Shown here piece after piece: positions 24,639-38,900 of a stretch of DNA of 64,000 bases. Under the pieces are notes generated by a model that did not search any database, had not been told where the DNA came from, and saw nothing but the letters and a program-made list of their open reading frames with translations. The stretch is from Phoronis australis (Eukaryota; Animalia; Phoronida): NCBI GenBank assembly GCA_002633005.1, contig NMRA01000369.1, positions 62,001 through 126,000 of the forward strand. Reading direction: 5' to 3'. Position numbers and translations under genes: made by a program. Every line of letters starts with the position of its first letter. The first letter of the stretch is position 1.

Positions 24639-25523
24639 CACAGGCGTATTTAGGGGGAGGCTTAGGGGACCCCTCCTTGGCTACCGCAAAAAATAAAACA
24701 GCAAGAGCGCAGGGAAATGTTGAGTTTATTAACATTGCAAGTCTGAAACAAGTTTTAAATGTGTGCAGTTTTAGTGTGTTTAGGGGGGGTAGGGCTAAGA
24801 TCCAATTTCAAGTGTCAAATTCGGAACACGGCGCAATCGTAACGGAACTATGGCTAAGTGTAGGCTCTCCCGCTTTGATATTGAGATACCTACTTGTTTA
24901 TGGTCTATAGCGTTTGCGCGCGAAACTTTCTTTTTGTAATGGTTATTACATGTTTTATATCTTGTGTAATCAATTCGTAACAAATTTGTAGTATTTAAAA
25001 TAGTCTTCAATTGCCCAAAAGACCAAAACCGTTTTTGTCTTGGCAATAATGACGCGATTTCTTTGGAAATCGTCTAAAGGTAAGGTTTGACAAAGAGAGA
25101 ATTATGAGTTTCTGAGTGATTCACTAAGGCTTCGATTAAAATTGACATCTTACCAGCAGCTTCTGTTTTTCATCATCACTCAGATTCCCTTTTCTTTAAA
25201 ATGAAGTGATTTTCTTCATTGCACAGTGGAGCAGACGACGGAAACGGAGTCGTAGTGCCCAGCGCCACTGCCGGTCGCCTGGAATGTCGCGGGAGAGCCT
25301 ATACTTAGCCATAGTTACGATTGCGCCGTGTTCCGAATTTGACACTTGAAATTGGATTTGAGCCCCCCGCCCCACAACACTAAAACTGCACACATTTAAA
25401 TCTTGTTTCAGCCGTATAATTTTAATTACCGGGGTTAATAAATAAACTCAACATTTCCCTACGCTCTTACTGTTTTATTTTTTGCGGCAGCGAGATGGGG
25501 CGTCCCCCCTAAATTTGCTTATG
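24639..25523. mobile_element. Non-autonomous element with ~230-bp inverted arms
   Basis: 24688-24872 is the inverse of 25289-25483; a diverged partial copy lies at ~51960-52457. Confidence 0.7.
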
Positions 25524-28006
25524 AAGCATTACAAAAAGAAGTAGGTTTCGCACGCAAACGCTCTGGACCATAAACAAGTAGGCCTCTTGATATCATATTA
25601 CGAGTTAAATCGTGCTGGTACAGTGAAAAATTTTCCTGGACGGGAGGGGCGCAATCCCCTGCCGACCTCCCCCCATTCGGTGCTTTGCACATCTACAATT
25701 GGGCTTTGCGCAAATGTTTATAGACAAAATGTTGGACCCCCTTGTGATATCCTAGATCCGCCACTGTATATATATAGCCTATTTGTTCAAGCTAGATAGA
25801 AAACGGTGACAAGTGGTTTCCGTGTATGAATTGATGGGCGTGTAGACCAAGTATTTCCGCATACCAGATCGGACAAATGAGAACGCGTCCGTGCTTAAGA
25901 ATACAGCCCAGGACAGGAAAGTCAATACTGCGAAAGTCAGTTACAATACACTGTATGTTGTTGCGAATCACAGGAAACTTCACCTTTGTAGTACATTCGA
26001 TTGACCATCGGTCGTCGAAAATTCCAAATTTCCACCGTCAGGCAGCACGTTCTGTCCACCCCGGTCTCTAGCTCTGCAGTTTCTACCAAGGTTTCGACCA
26101 CTATGTATGGTACACGAATCTTTATCATTATTATGTAAATATTAAGCATGCAGACGAAAACATGACTATGGGCAATGATGATGTTGTGACATTTCAATTA
26201 TTTATCAATGTTTGAATGTGAATTCATTTCTACTTTAATTTTATGGATTTGATGGGCAGACCCAATACACATAGAAATTTACATTAATGGACAAACAGCG
26301 CTGCAGACTGCATTAAGGTTGTCAATAAACAGCATATAAAAATATAAACTTGAACAATTTTTACTACTATAGATAATGACATAACAAAAGTGTAAAAAAC
26401 ATCAAGTTTTGGGAAAGGGTCCTTTTTATAAACCTCCAGTATGCCCATACATGTACAAACCCTTTGCTCTGGAGGTAATATGTAACACATTAGACATTGA
26501 AGAAAATTGATACAGAAGTGCCGTTTTGCAACAAAATACTCGAACCGAATAGACTGCACATGAAAGTACTACAAACTGATATAAAGTCATCTTTGTTTTT
26601 TTTCTAGCTTCAAGCGTTTAACTCAGTATTCCGAAGTACTCTAATTAGTACAAACTTTGTGAAACAGAAAAGCGCTAATTTAGGTGGCCAATGACAAATG
26701 TAGGTGTGTATATACTTTGAGGTATGTCCATGTAACAAGAAGAGGGTTTATGTAACACATTTTTTTTGAAAATCTGACATGTATGGAATTATTCCCCTTT
26801 CGTGTCCATAATAAACTATTCCATTACTTTGAACTGCCCCCGTAAAGATAAGTCAGAAAATTCTACCCAACTGTTATCTGAATAGGCGATGATAACCTTT
26901 CTTACGAGTTCTCTCGTTTCTAGTAGTCTAGATCTGTTGGAAAACTAGTCTCCCCTAGCGATAGACAGGTAGGCAAGGCAAATAACAACTGTACGTGACG
27001 TCATTTCAAGCGTGATGTCACGACAAGCTTGAGCAGTCTAGCAGAAGAACTAACTCTGAGTTTATGCGGAAGACAAGGTAAGCAAGCTTGTTCCGTTACA
27101 CCATTTGCAGAGGAGTTTAGTCCTGGATTTTTCTGTAGAAGATGCACGACGGTCGACTTACCCAAGGTACGTACACATTCCGTGTCACTGAGTCAGACCA
27201 TTCTAACTGATAATTGCTGGGTTAAAGTGTAAAAGTTTAACAAAGTTATTGTGATTACCCCGCCTTGCATGGAGCCACACATGTTTTAAGTGAACGACTG
27301 CTAAACTGTCAAAAAATATACAGCAATGAAACGTCCGATATTTGTATGGATTCCAGTAACCCCCTGACCCATTTCATATAGACGACCAAGTCAAAAACCA
27401 TTTCCTAACTAAGAACATATTGTAAATATAAATATCAACTGATTGTTAAGAAGAGTAGATATTTTATTTGTGACAGATACCTAGTGTGGAAGTGCCAAAA
27501 ACTTGGATTCAAATGAATAGCTGACCCAACATTTCATCAATGGTATACGGTTCTGCAAGACTATACTTCCAAATATACTATATTTGATACTACTTATATT
27601 TCAGGGCACAGCTCAAACATGAACAAGGTCATATCAACAGTTCTCCTTCTAGTAAGTATTGTGTGGTTTGTATGAGGATCAAAAACAAGCTGTGCTATTT
27701 GAGCTCTCCACGTCACAGCACAGCCCCATGAATGTTGAATAAGCCGTCGGTGTACGAGAGTACGAGGAAATAAAGAGATGACAAAACAAATGATATGTGC
27801 CGGAGTTCGAACGGTTGTACCGTTGCAAAGAGACAACCTCGAGAAACTCGTGAAGTACTGAATACTAATTTCACATTTCGGCAGGATGTTCAAGCTTATT
27901 CATGGATCTTTACGATTTATTTTGAAATGTTGGTTATCAAACCTTTGCCACTTGCCGCAGAGCACTTTTTAAGAGCCAGGATGAACCCTTAACCCTCCTC
28001 AAAGCT

Positions 28007-29720
28007 AGGACTAGTGACGATGTTGTCCGCTATTATAGCTTATTTCAAACTTTAGGTCCTATACGCGTTCAGGCCAAAAACTACAACTCGCAAAATCTTC
28101 CCTCTCCTATGTTCAATGTTGTGCAGGACTCTAGCCAAATTCCAAAGATGGCTAACTTCTTAACACCATATCTCAGAAATGGATAATTAGATTCATACCT
28201 GGTTTATGCACTCTGTGAAACCAATGACTATTAGAGTTTATTCATACAAAAACTCACAAATTGTATGAAACGAAAATGAATTAATAATCTAGAAAAAAAT
28301 GTAACAGGCTTTTGAGATTTCGTCTTGAACATTAATATCAACTTAGAATTTGGTCATGATCTTGATTCCGCTGCCAACCGTTGAGATGTTCTAGTATGCC
28401 CTTTGAGATGCACTGGTACATCCCTTGAGATACACTAGTACATAATTGGAGATACACTAGTGCTGTATATCCTTTAGACACAAGTTCATCTTTGAGACAC
28501 ATTATTTGAATAGAGGCCGAGAGTCGCGCTGAACTCATCAAATCAACATACGACATATAATTGTTGTCTGGCATTTTTTTCGCTTAAAGACCGTTTCTAA
28601 TGGATTCTTATGCTAAATGTAGTAACGACTCTGGTAATATTTTCCGAGTCTAAGTGGTTCATGTGTTGTTTACCGGCTATGCTAGCATACAGTGTACAGG
28701 CTAGGTCTTGTCAATGCTGCTGTTTGTAAGCTATGGTGCGTTTGGATGGGTTGTTTGCGAAAGTTACACATCGACGTTCCCCCATAGATGACCGTCGACA
28801 CCCGATTGCGGGGTGAATCTCTTATGGAGGTTCGATGGTAATGTTGCTGCAATTTCCTAGACACGCGTTCAATCCCGTGGTTTTGTGGTTCGGTTAACAG
28901 AACTGCTTTATTGTTTTTGTTGAATAAAACTTGTCAGGTAAATTTCTATTCCATTTCTATTGACTTGTAAGACAATCTCCATCGAATCTTTATAGATCGA
29001 GAGATGTTTGTATACCACGGAGCAGTTTTGGAATTTTCATCTATGTAAGCTCTAAGTTTTAGGACTAGTGACGATGTTGTCCGCTATTATAGTTTATTTC
29101 AAACTTTAGGTCATATACGCGTTCAGGCCAAAAACTACAACTCGCAAAATCTTCCCTCTTCCATGTTCAATGTTGTGCAGGACCCTAGACAAATTCCAAA
29201 GATGGCTAACTTCTTAACACCATATCTCAGAAATGGCTAATTAGATTCATACCTGGTTTATGTACTCTGTGAAAACAATGACTATTAGAGTTTATTCATA
29301 CAAAAACTCACAAATTGTATGGAACGAAAATGAATTGATAATTTAGAAAAAAGGAAACAGGTTTTTGAGATTTCGTCTTGAACATTTATATCAACTTAGA
29401 ATTTGGTCATGATCTTGATTCCGTTGCCAACCATTGAGATGTACTAGTATGTCCCTTGAGATACACTATTACATCCCTTGAGATACACTAGTACATCCCT
29501 TGAGATACACTAGAACATCCCTTGAGATACACTAGTACATCTCTTGACATACACTAGTACATCCCTTGAGATACACTAGAACATCCCTTGAGATACACTA
29601 GAACATCCCTTGAGATACACTAGTATATCCCTTGAGATACACTAGAACTTCCCTTGAGATACACTAGTACATCCCTTGAGATACACTAGTACATCCCTTG
29701 AGATACCCTACTGTTGTATA
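28007..29720 (+). repeat. Local direct duplication (~28007-28500 and ~29061-29720)
   Basis: Both start aggactagtgacgatgttgtccgc and run near-identically into the 22-bp minisatellite; ttaaccct just upstream of the first copy resembles a piggyBac-type end. Confidence 0.85.
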
Positions 29721-29822
29721 TTCTTTAGACTCTAGTTAATCCTTGAGATACATTCTTACATCCTTGAGATACATTCTTACATCTTTGAGATACATTAGTA
29801 CATCCCTTAAGATACACTAGTA
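29441..29822. repeat. 22-bp minisatellite (catcccttgagatacactagta)n
   Basis: More than a dozen head-to-tail units with no spacers; shorter version at ~28400-28500. Confidence 0.92.
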
Positions 29823-30035
29823 TATACTGTGAAACACATTGAAATCTATTGAGATACTCAAGTATGCCCCTTTGTGAGACACTTGACTAGTATGGGAAGT
29901 CTGTTATCCACAATTACAATTTCTCGTCTACGTGTTGCAATAGCTGGTCACGGCTTGTACCTTGATCCAGAGTTTCAAGGGTTGTCGAATGTAACAGATC
30001 GAGAGAAATATAGCTGTTGCAATGGTTTAACTAAT

Positions 30036-30253
30036 CAGTGGAGAATTTAGCGGGGGGCCATGCCCCCCTAAGATTCTACCAGATGTCATTTGGCAGTTCG
30101 AGTGCGAATTGCTAACTAGTACATGCGCGCAACCAGTGGGGCTCGGGGGGTGAAAAAACAATGCATAGGCCCTGAAAAAATCCCGCATCTGCCGAAATTC
30201 TGGTTATTCCTGTGCCCTGGCCCCCCTAACTCAAAATCCTGGATCCGCCCCTG
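30036..30253. mobile_element. MITE related to 20005-20162, inverted
   Basis: cagtggagaattt...ggatccgcccctg, flanked by CTAAT on both sides. Confidence 0.7.
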
Positions 30254-30608
30254 CTAATGACGTCGTACATGTAATTTATTTAGTATACCGAAACATGGTT
30301 TACTAGCAAGATATTAAGTAAAGACCAATTACAAACTTCCAACTGAAATAGAGCAAGTTTGCGGTGGCGAACTCCACGTTGTCCCCTGCTTCATCATGAG
30401 TAATCAGGAATGCTGAATCGCTGTATTAAACAGACAAAAGAATGGGCAACACCTATAAAATATGAATCAAAACATCGGATTTTGAAATATTATTTTTCTG
30501 CATAAGTTTTGCATAAAATTCGGCATGTTCATGTGTAGTAAAACTATTTGATTTCACGTGCGTTGTTTCAGTAACAGTTTATAGCCTACCTAACGTTTTG
30601 ATATACAG

Positions 30609-33600
30609 ACAACAACATGTGCACTGGGGAAGACGACTAATGTCACGAACATGACGTCACGTACAGTGTCGACAGAATTTTCCACAGAGACGATGACTTC
30701 ACGAATGGAAACAACCACGCCGCAAAGAATCGAATTTGGCACCACCAGCACACCACAGCCGTCGTTGAGGAGCATGTCTGCAACGGATCCAAGTAATGTC
30801 GATTTCACCACAGACAGCCCCAAAGCACATACAGGTGGAGCGGTAAGTGCGTAACTCGTTTCACAAGCATTTTCGCGTTAGGTAACGACTGTATAAATAC
30901 AAGTGTGTGTGCAATTAGAAAACAGATATAACGTCTCATATGTCTTCTTTCACCTCTCCAATCGATCGTTACATTTGTTTGGCCTAAACTAATAACCCCA
31001 AAAGTAAATCTTGCCTCAGCATTTTTCTATATGAAGCAATAAATAGGAGTCCTTCTATCTGATGCAATAAATAAGAGTGTTTAATTTTGTTTGCACGTCC
31101 CTGTAGTCATACATCCAATCTCGTAATTCAGTTACATCTTACTTTTGACATCTTTGTTTTTGCTTGAGTATAAGTTTCCGATCTGTTTGCTGGGTTTTCA
31201 GTTAGAAAAGCCTACAATTAACTGTTGACGAGTAAAGAGTACACGTACAAACTTGCACTAGATTGGCCTTAGATACAAGCTACAAATTCGACAATTCTAA
31301 CAGATTTGTTTGATATACCCATCTGAGTAAAATGATAGTGTACTTGAATACAATCAAAGCATGTTGACTGTGCCTGGAGTTACCTTCCTGGAGACAATGC
31401 TGGTAATTTTGGCAATTCTCTATGAACGGTGTTTTAAACCTTTTAGTCGAAAAATGACATTAATGAAAATAACAATTATTCAAACATGAAATGTGACGTT
31501 GTGAGCAAATGGCACAATGCAAACTCTGTATATCTAATCGGCTGTATCGTTTTTCTTTAAGTTTTACTACCTATTTCTTGCATTGTTGCTCAGGCCAAAT
31601 GGCATATTTTCGTGGACAATACAGGGGATCTGACTTAGTATACAGTAGTATTGACGGTCATCCCGGCACAGTGATAAAGGCAGGATTCAACTAAAAGCAA
31701 TTATTCGCTGTGTCAAAGAATGAATATTATGGTTCTTGGTTGGCAGTCTTTCTTTACAATTAAATCATCAAAAACGTGGGTCTTGCTTGCCCGTTTAACA
31801 GACTTGGTAAAGAGTTTTCAAAATTGGCTCCAAACGGTTAAATGGCCTTATTTTGTTTTAGACAGCTGATGGGAAGCTCGTGGTTGAAATCTGTTAATAC
31901 GCTAAAACCGTGTTCTGGGACTTTTTAATAAAAAATTCGAAAACGAGGAATCTTACGTTTGAAAAATTTCAAGTGAAAAACTGAGCCTTTTTGTAGGCAG
32001 ACCATCTCGTTTTTTCTAGAATTGCTCGGATAATTACAAAAATACAATCCACCAAAATCTGTTGGATCCAGATTATGAGATGGAAATAAACAGGTACAGG
32101 ACTTGCTAATCAGACTGTAGGCAAGTTTCCGGAGCTGTGAACTGTGAAAGAGACAGTTCAGTTTTCCTCCTCACTAAATAAATGCGTCTGTGTAACGAAA
32201 ATGCACTGATACCAGTAGATTTTCAGGCACATTCAAACAGTGCAGCATCTCCTAGTGGCTATTTAGGGACAGAGCGTTTTCGAATGCTATCTAGAGAATT
32301 TGACAAATTGACGGATTTTAATGAAACTTTAAACAAAAGTTCGTAACGGCATTGTTCCAGCACCAGTCGATTTTTAAGCAATTTTGATTACTGCAGCTGC
32401 TCCTAATGCCCATTCTGCTGGGTTCTGTTGTTCAGTTGTCTGTGTGAAATCTTATAAAAAAAACACCAAGTTGTCTTTTGGTGAAATTTGGCACAAGGGT
32501 ATAGCGCATTGCATTGTACGTAGTGCGGAGCATACCACTTTTCTATTTTACCTTCTCCTGTGGCCGCGCGGCTAGAATTTTCAGTATCTTGGGGGCAATT
32601 GTTTCCGAATAATATATAAAGACCTGACTGACGTACTTCAGACACTTTATCTTGCTGTTCTGTTGCTCAGTTGTCTGACACAAGTCGATTTTTAGCGAAT
32701 TTGGCCTCCACAGCAAACTGTAGTGGCAATTCTGTTCTTGACTAGGACTTTTAAATATTTTTGGGGAAAAATCGTTTCTGTATGATATTTAGAAATGCTA
32801 GTGACTGATATAAATGAAATCTTGACACAGGGGTATATTTATGTGACGGCAATGTGCTTGAACCAGCCAACTGCGGGCGCATTTGAATACTGCAGCACCA
32901 CCTAGCGGCCGTTCAACTTAGGAGATCAGAGCAGCCACCAGTTTGGAACAGATGCCATCATGTCATTTTGACGTCTCTATGTATCTGCCGAACCTCATGA
33001 TTGTTCTTTATGAACGGAAGTAGACTAGATATGCTCATTTTTATGCATGGTGATGTGTCCCTTTGTGGCATATTTCATTTCTTTTGCGGAAATGTTATAT
33101 ATTCAAAGTTACTTTTAAAAGGTGGCTAAGATACTAATACTTTTTCCCCGTTCAGACTTTTGCAGCTACCCTGTGGGATCCACTTGTTGTCTCCTTGACA
33201 ATGTTTTGCGTTGCTGTTGTTAAAAGTTTTCCCAAATCTTACCAATTTCTTATTTAGTTATTTTCACAGCGCATTTTGGTCTCCCAATAATAAGAACGCC
33301 GTTGCGGATTCGCGAGCTCAACATTGAGCACATCGACATTACTTTCCAAAAGTAATTTGAAGATATTTGAACATAGCTGAAGAACAGAAAGACAGTGCAC
33401 TTTACAATAGACCTTGGCGAACAATTTCGCAATTTCTGTCGTAACACATGATGTTGATAGAAACAGTAGCGTCGTCAACATTTGTCAACTGAATAGTTCA
33501 CTCAGAACACCTTTTTTCAAAAAAAAATCATAAAAAAGCTTGAGTAAACGTATGCTATGTGCTTTCAGCTCACTGTGGGCATTTCTGTGCTTGGAGGAGT

Positions 33601-33880
33601 TACGTTTCTTCTTCTTGTCTGTGTCTGCGTTGTGACCATTCTATACCGTCGAAACAAGCTCCCGTGGTGGACAAGGAAGCCAAAGACTACAAACGTCCTC
33701 TATACAATTGACGATGTAGACAGACGTCCCCAGGAAAGTCTGCACAATTTTGAAATTCCCCTATACGGACATTGCAGTGAGGGAGACACAGATGATGACC
33801 TATACGAAAATATTAGTGAACATGGATTTGATGATGTAGAAACAGCTGATCCCCTATACGGAAATTGTAGTGTAATGTAA
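30609..33880 (+). CDS. 3' part of a single-pass type I membrane protein (Ser/Thr-rich stalk, TM helix, Tyr-motif tail); 5' exons unresolved
   Basis: Phase-0 exons 30609-30842 (TTTCALGK...HTGGA|gtaagt) and 33569-33880 (LTVGISVLGGVTFLLLVCVCVVTILY-RRNK...YENI...YGN). Confidence 0.72.
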
Positions 33881-35924
33881 GTATGATGGACTAATGATTA
33901 GACTATGTAGTAGCATAGCTTTCTTACAAGTTATAAACCTGTAATGCGCCCGATATCATCGTTACGATCGTTACAATTTAAACACTTAAAAATATATGCA
34001 TGGTGCCAATTTACATAATATGTAACTTGCTATAACGTTTTTTCTTTTTCTTTTATCTAATTTCAAGCCTTTTTACCCAAAAGTTGTAACTCTCCCGCAA
34101 TCAGAAATTGCCGACTTTTCTCGTAGAATTCAGAGACCTGTGTGTTCCCAGTGTACATAAGTTCAGGAACGATTCCCATCTGATTGTAAGACCGTTGTCA
34201 TTTTATTTGGTTTATTTGATTCACATTTTTATTTTTGTTATATAAATTTGGTTGTCTATTGTCCAAATGTTTTCTTATCATCAAGGTTAGGCAGATTTCA
34301 AAGTTAGAAGAAAAAAATCATCGTAAATTTGTAAGTGTATTTTCTTCAGCGCCCTGACGTGAAACCGGGATCAAGAGGCAACTGCTTGGCAATTTCTGAA
34401 GCTACCGACAGCGTGTTTTATCGGGTTAGATACCTTGGCAACAAACCGATGCCGGGGTTTTGGCCGTTAAAAAATAAAGAGTTGATTTTTATAACAAAAA
34501 CTTATTTTCGAACTCAAACTAGTGAGCTTTTCACCTAGATTGAATAACGTGAACCCGTACTTGGGTTTTTTTCTGACCGGACACCAAAGCGACAAAGTCT
34601 CCGAGAGATGTCCTGAATCCTTTCCCCACATAGTAAACTGCTAAATATTGACTTAAGAGAGAAATAAAGCAATCTTCCGGAAACTTTTAACGTATTCATC
34701 AAACTTTGTCCTACTGACCATTTATAACATTATTTCGCAAACAGTTGTACTTTAAGAACTATGTTGTCGCTCATTGTTCAATCCATCTTATCTCGATTTT
34801 TGATTAAGCAATGTTTTATTCAAGCACAGCAGATACATCCCTTTATACATAATGTATTGAATGTATATGCCAGTCGCTGCCAAGGCTCAAGGTGTAAGTC
34901 GGCGGCTAAAGAAAATTGGAAATCTGTTTCCAATTGTGAACAAATTCCAGGACTTGGCGTGATTTTATCTTACTGCCACCACTGAGTCTTTGCGCGGAGT
35001 CGCCTTAGCCGCTTACTGAAGCGTTTTAGTTTTTCCTTTCAAGGACATTTCAAACATTTATTAAAATTGACAAGTTTTACAATATTTCACATATGTCTAG
35101 CAAAATACCTCATCTTCATTCGCGGGTAACACCAAATACGAAATATATACCGTGTAGCGAGAAAAAAAGATTTAGCAGAACCACCTTAGAACTGCACAAC
35201 CGCGTGGAAATATAGTCACTACTTATCCGAGGTCAAAGGTTATAGGCTGTCGCTCAAATCGAATCTCACCCCAGGCACCGAGCAACTCCATATGAACCGT
35301 CAGTCATTCACCGAGTCGCAATAACATTATGTCTACGACACGTTTATATCGTAGGAAGATGCCGGGAAAAACATATTTACGCCTCAGGTACTTGCAATTG
35401 AAATAAAGAGCAGTTAGGCACCGTAGGTTAGGCCTAAATAGTGATTCCAAGTCCAGCAGAAATTGGCATTTATTCATTGAAGCATCTCAAGTCACAAATT
35501 GTTAAGCTACACTTAATTTTCCAGTGCGAGTGAACGTACTAGCGAATACGGTAGCGACGCCGCTGGAAAAGAACGGATGCACTTACGGGTGACTAAGAGG
35601 TGAGTATGAACCAGTGTTTGTCTCTTTATGTATGTTGTGATGTCAAAGACAACACAAAATTCTTTGAAGATTTAAAAATTTTGGGCACTACTCACGTGCA
35701 CGGGACCCGTATGTTGAGAACCGGTTTGACGCCTGTTATTCTGTGTTGAAAACTGGCTTTTAAAATGTGTGACACGTGTAAGTGATTATTACCAATCTTT
35801 TTTTTATATCAGAGTTCCAATGTGTTCTGAAACCCAAAATTTAGTTGCCGCTGAAAAATGCATTAATTCGCAGTTTGTTTGGCAGCAGCAGAAATTCACC
35901 TCAAAGTCTGCATCTCTTCACAGC

Positions 35925-38900
35925 ATGTCAAGAGAAGGCAAAGGTGGTGATAACGCAAGCTTAACGGTCAGGAGAAGAACAGGTCCTGGTAACGTCATCA
36001 AAAATACCGGAAGCACGTCATTCTCAGTCATTCTTGGCGAAAATTCAGTTGATGTCTTTTCGGATATCTCAGACACCAATGAAATACTTAATTTGTGCCA
36101 AGGATACTTCGACGATTTAAACCAAGAACCTGTCAAAGAAAGTATAATTGAGAAAGTGATATACATTCCTTTAGGATTAAGGGGCGTAATTAATGAAGCG
36201 TTCGATGAAAAGGAGATTTATTATGATCAGCAAATGCCTTCATCTTACTGCAAGGCTGACCTTTTGACGTCACGCCAAAGAATTAGTGAAGAAGCCATCC
36301 CAGACGTGTTGTATACGGTGGAGAATGAAACACTGCAGACCAACCCAGCTGAAGAAAGTGCTCAATCTGAAGCGGTTGCGGAGCCCTTCGACATGTCTGC
36401 CTCAAACTCACGCCCCCATGCGGCCGACTTCAATAGAGGAATGGTCATAAAAAAGACAATAGGACCATCTGGTGGTTGCATAAAACTTTTGGGAGTGGCA
36501 TTGGACATCCCCTCAGGTGCACTATCAAGCAATAAAGAAATCTGCGTCGGAATTTTATGGCACAAAGAAGTTTTGCCAAAGCTGTCTAAAAAGCAGACTT
36601 TGCTAAGTCCAATTGTTGTGTGTGAGCCCCACGCCCTACGGTTTGACAAACCAGTAACCTTAACTTTACCGCACTGCGCTCGAGACGTTCGTCTAAACTG
36701 GGATATCACCTTGCTAAAAAGTGAAACTACGGCCAACCAAGTCACCAACTGGAAACCCCTGACGTTGGAGGACTATGATGAAAGATCATTCCACGACAGT
36801 CACGTCATTGTCAAACTTTACCATTTTACACTGTATGCTCTGGTTGGACAGAGCAAACAGAAAGCGTGTGCTTCTAAATGTGTCAACCTTGTGGCATTTG
36901 CTCCTCCTCTTCAACACAGGAAGTTTTTTAAAATACGATTGTACTGTACAAACTATTATACTGAACTGAGGGAAGAAGAACAAGAACTTGAGGTAAATTT
37001 CGTTCATTTTAAGCTCAAGAAGGTTGCGAAGTCAAAGTGTAACATGCAAATACAGTGGTTTAAATTAAGTACACATAGGCTTCAAACTGTTTGGGTGGTC
37101 AATAAATGACGGTCTCTGCAACATAATTCTACTGAAGGCCTGTTTTGTTACAGTATGTCTTGTTAAAAAAAGAATGCAGTCCTAGTCCTAAGGAATGGCT
37201 GCTAAAAATGTCATTATTAGTGGTTTAAGGAAGATAAACAGCAATGGGCCTAAACTTGTCTTCCATCACAAAAACAACTTTTGATTGAGATAACGAATCC
37301 TTCGAAATAGGTGTCAAGTTGTTTTTCAGGCAAACTGGAGGTGATTCCAGGTCTTCGATAGAGCTGACAACTCGTTATTAATTGAGATCAGGGTCTTTTA
37401 TCCATGCTCATGCGATACGGAGTTCGTCCATTTCTGTAATACGTTATCATATACATTACTACATATAGTAATATCATATGTATGTACATTACGACGTCGT
37501 ACGGAAAAGGACGAATATTGTATCGAACGAGCGTGCACCGGCGAAGCATGGTCTCACGGAATAACAAACTGTCATCTCTTTGCAAACCCAGAAATTACGG
37601 ATAAAGAATCAGTTGTGGTCTAAATCAAAATTTCGCTTCTTAGACGGAACGCCGGTTTATAGTCGCTTTGGCAATGTTTGTGTTTACATAATCTTCGTTG
37701 TCCCTGTCATATTTTTTCTTTGCTTTTTGTCTACTTAACTTTCACCACTACCAATCGCCCCTTAAAAGAAAATACAGGGATATTTTGACGTTTGGGTAAA
37801 TAACAGGAACTAAAATGACTTTTTAGGGTACAAGTTATGTAAATCACGTGAGTTCACTTACCATTTTATCCTGTAAATACTGTTATTGCAAAATCGCATC
37901 AGCGTCTTCCTTGCAAAATTCTCAAGTCATTCAACCGTCAGTTCATGTATTTGAAATCAAAGTGTATAATTCGTGAAAGTTCTTCAGATTGTAAATTATT
38001 ATTATTTTTACAACTGTAATCCGGCGACAGACCAAGTCCGTTTGTGCGCAGGATCGCGGAGATGGCAAACAGAGTGAATGGAATTCGAGCTATGTCGAGT
38101 TAATTGTTGCGTTCCTGGCTGTACTCGTTGACGAGATGCAAACTCGCCGAAGTACCTTTCCATCAATTCCCGATGGCAAATGCGCGGAGAAGGGAGTGGA
38201 TGGTAAAGACTGGGATCGATGTCAGACTGGGGATCCCGATTTTGAGAGTCCGACTCATGCCACCTTATCAAAGTCATCCGGCTGGATTTCATGTACAACG
38301 GCGAAACTTCTAAGTTCACCGCACTACCAAATCCAAGAACCGACGAATGACATGAGGCACTGGTGACGATTTTGCAATATCATTATACTGAATAAGATGG
38401 CGGTGAATAGGCCTAAATGTGACGCCAACTTCCGCTTCCGGGAAAGCTTGATTAGATTTCGACAAATCAATTTTTTACAAAAATGGTATCTAGTTATCTA
38501 AAAAGTCATTTTGGATACAATTACATGTCCAAGCCTCCAAAAATCCAGGAATTGTCCTTTTAGTTTTGTGAATTTGGTGCGCATAACATGAGACGTCATG
38601 TAGGCCTACGCACCGAATTATGGGATAGTGGTCACCCAAAGCAGCACTGTGTAGATGTAGGTGATCACTTCATTTTAGTAGTAGCTAAAGCACCGGTTCA
38701 GCTTATCATTGATTCGAGTCAACAGCGCACGGCGCACACGATCGCCTGCGTGACATTTTCAAGATTCGGGGGTGAGATTCGTATCCTCAAGTCCATGCCT
38801 TGGGATGCGCACGCATCGATTTTGGCGATCAATATGAATAGGTCAATGGCAGCTTCCACACGTTGTTTTCCCCTGTGTTAAGCATGTATTAGCGAATACC

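Noticed and set aside
24415-24910. CV/HT-repeat ORFs
   Set aside because: Translations of the (GT)n microsatellite.
28690-28940. Signal peptide/PAN-like exon for the membrane protein (MLLFVSYGAFGWVVC..; ..NKTCQ|gt)
   Set aside because: Stops in every frame; no continuous model without assuming several errors.
29441-29822. CRISPR-like regular repeats
   Set aside because: Head-to-tail units with no unique spacers, no cas genes, eukaryotic context; this is a minisatellite.
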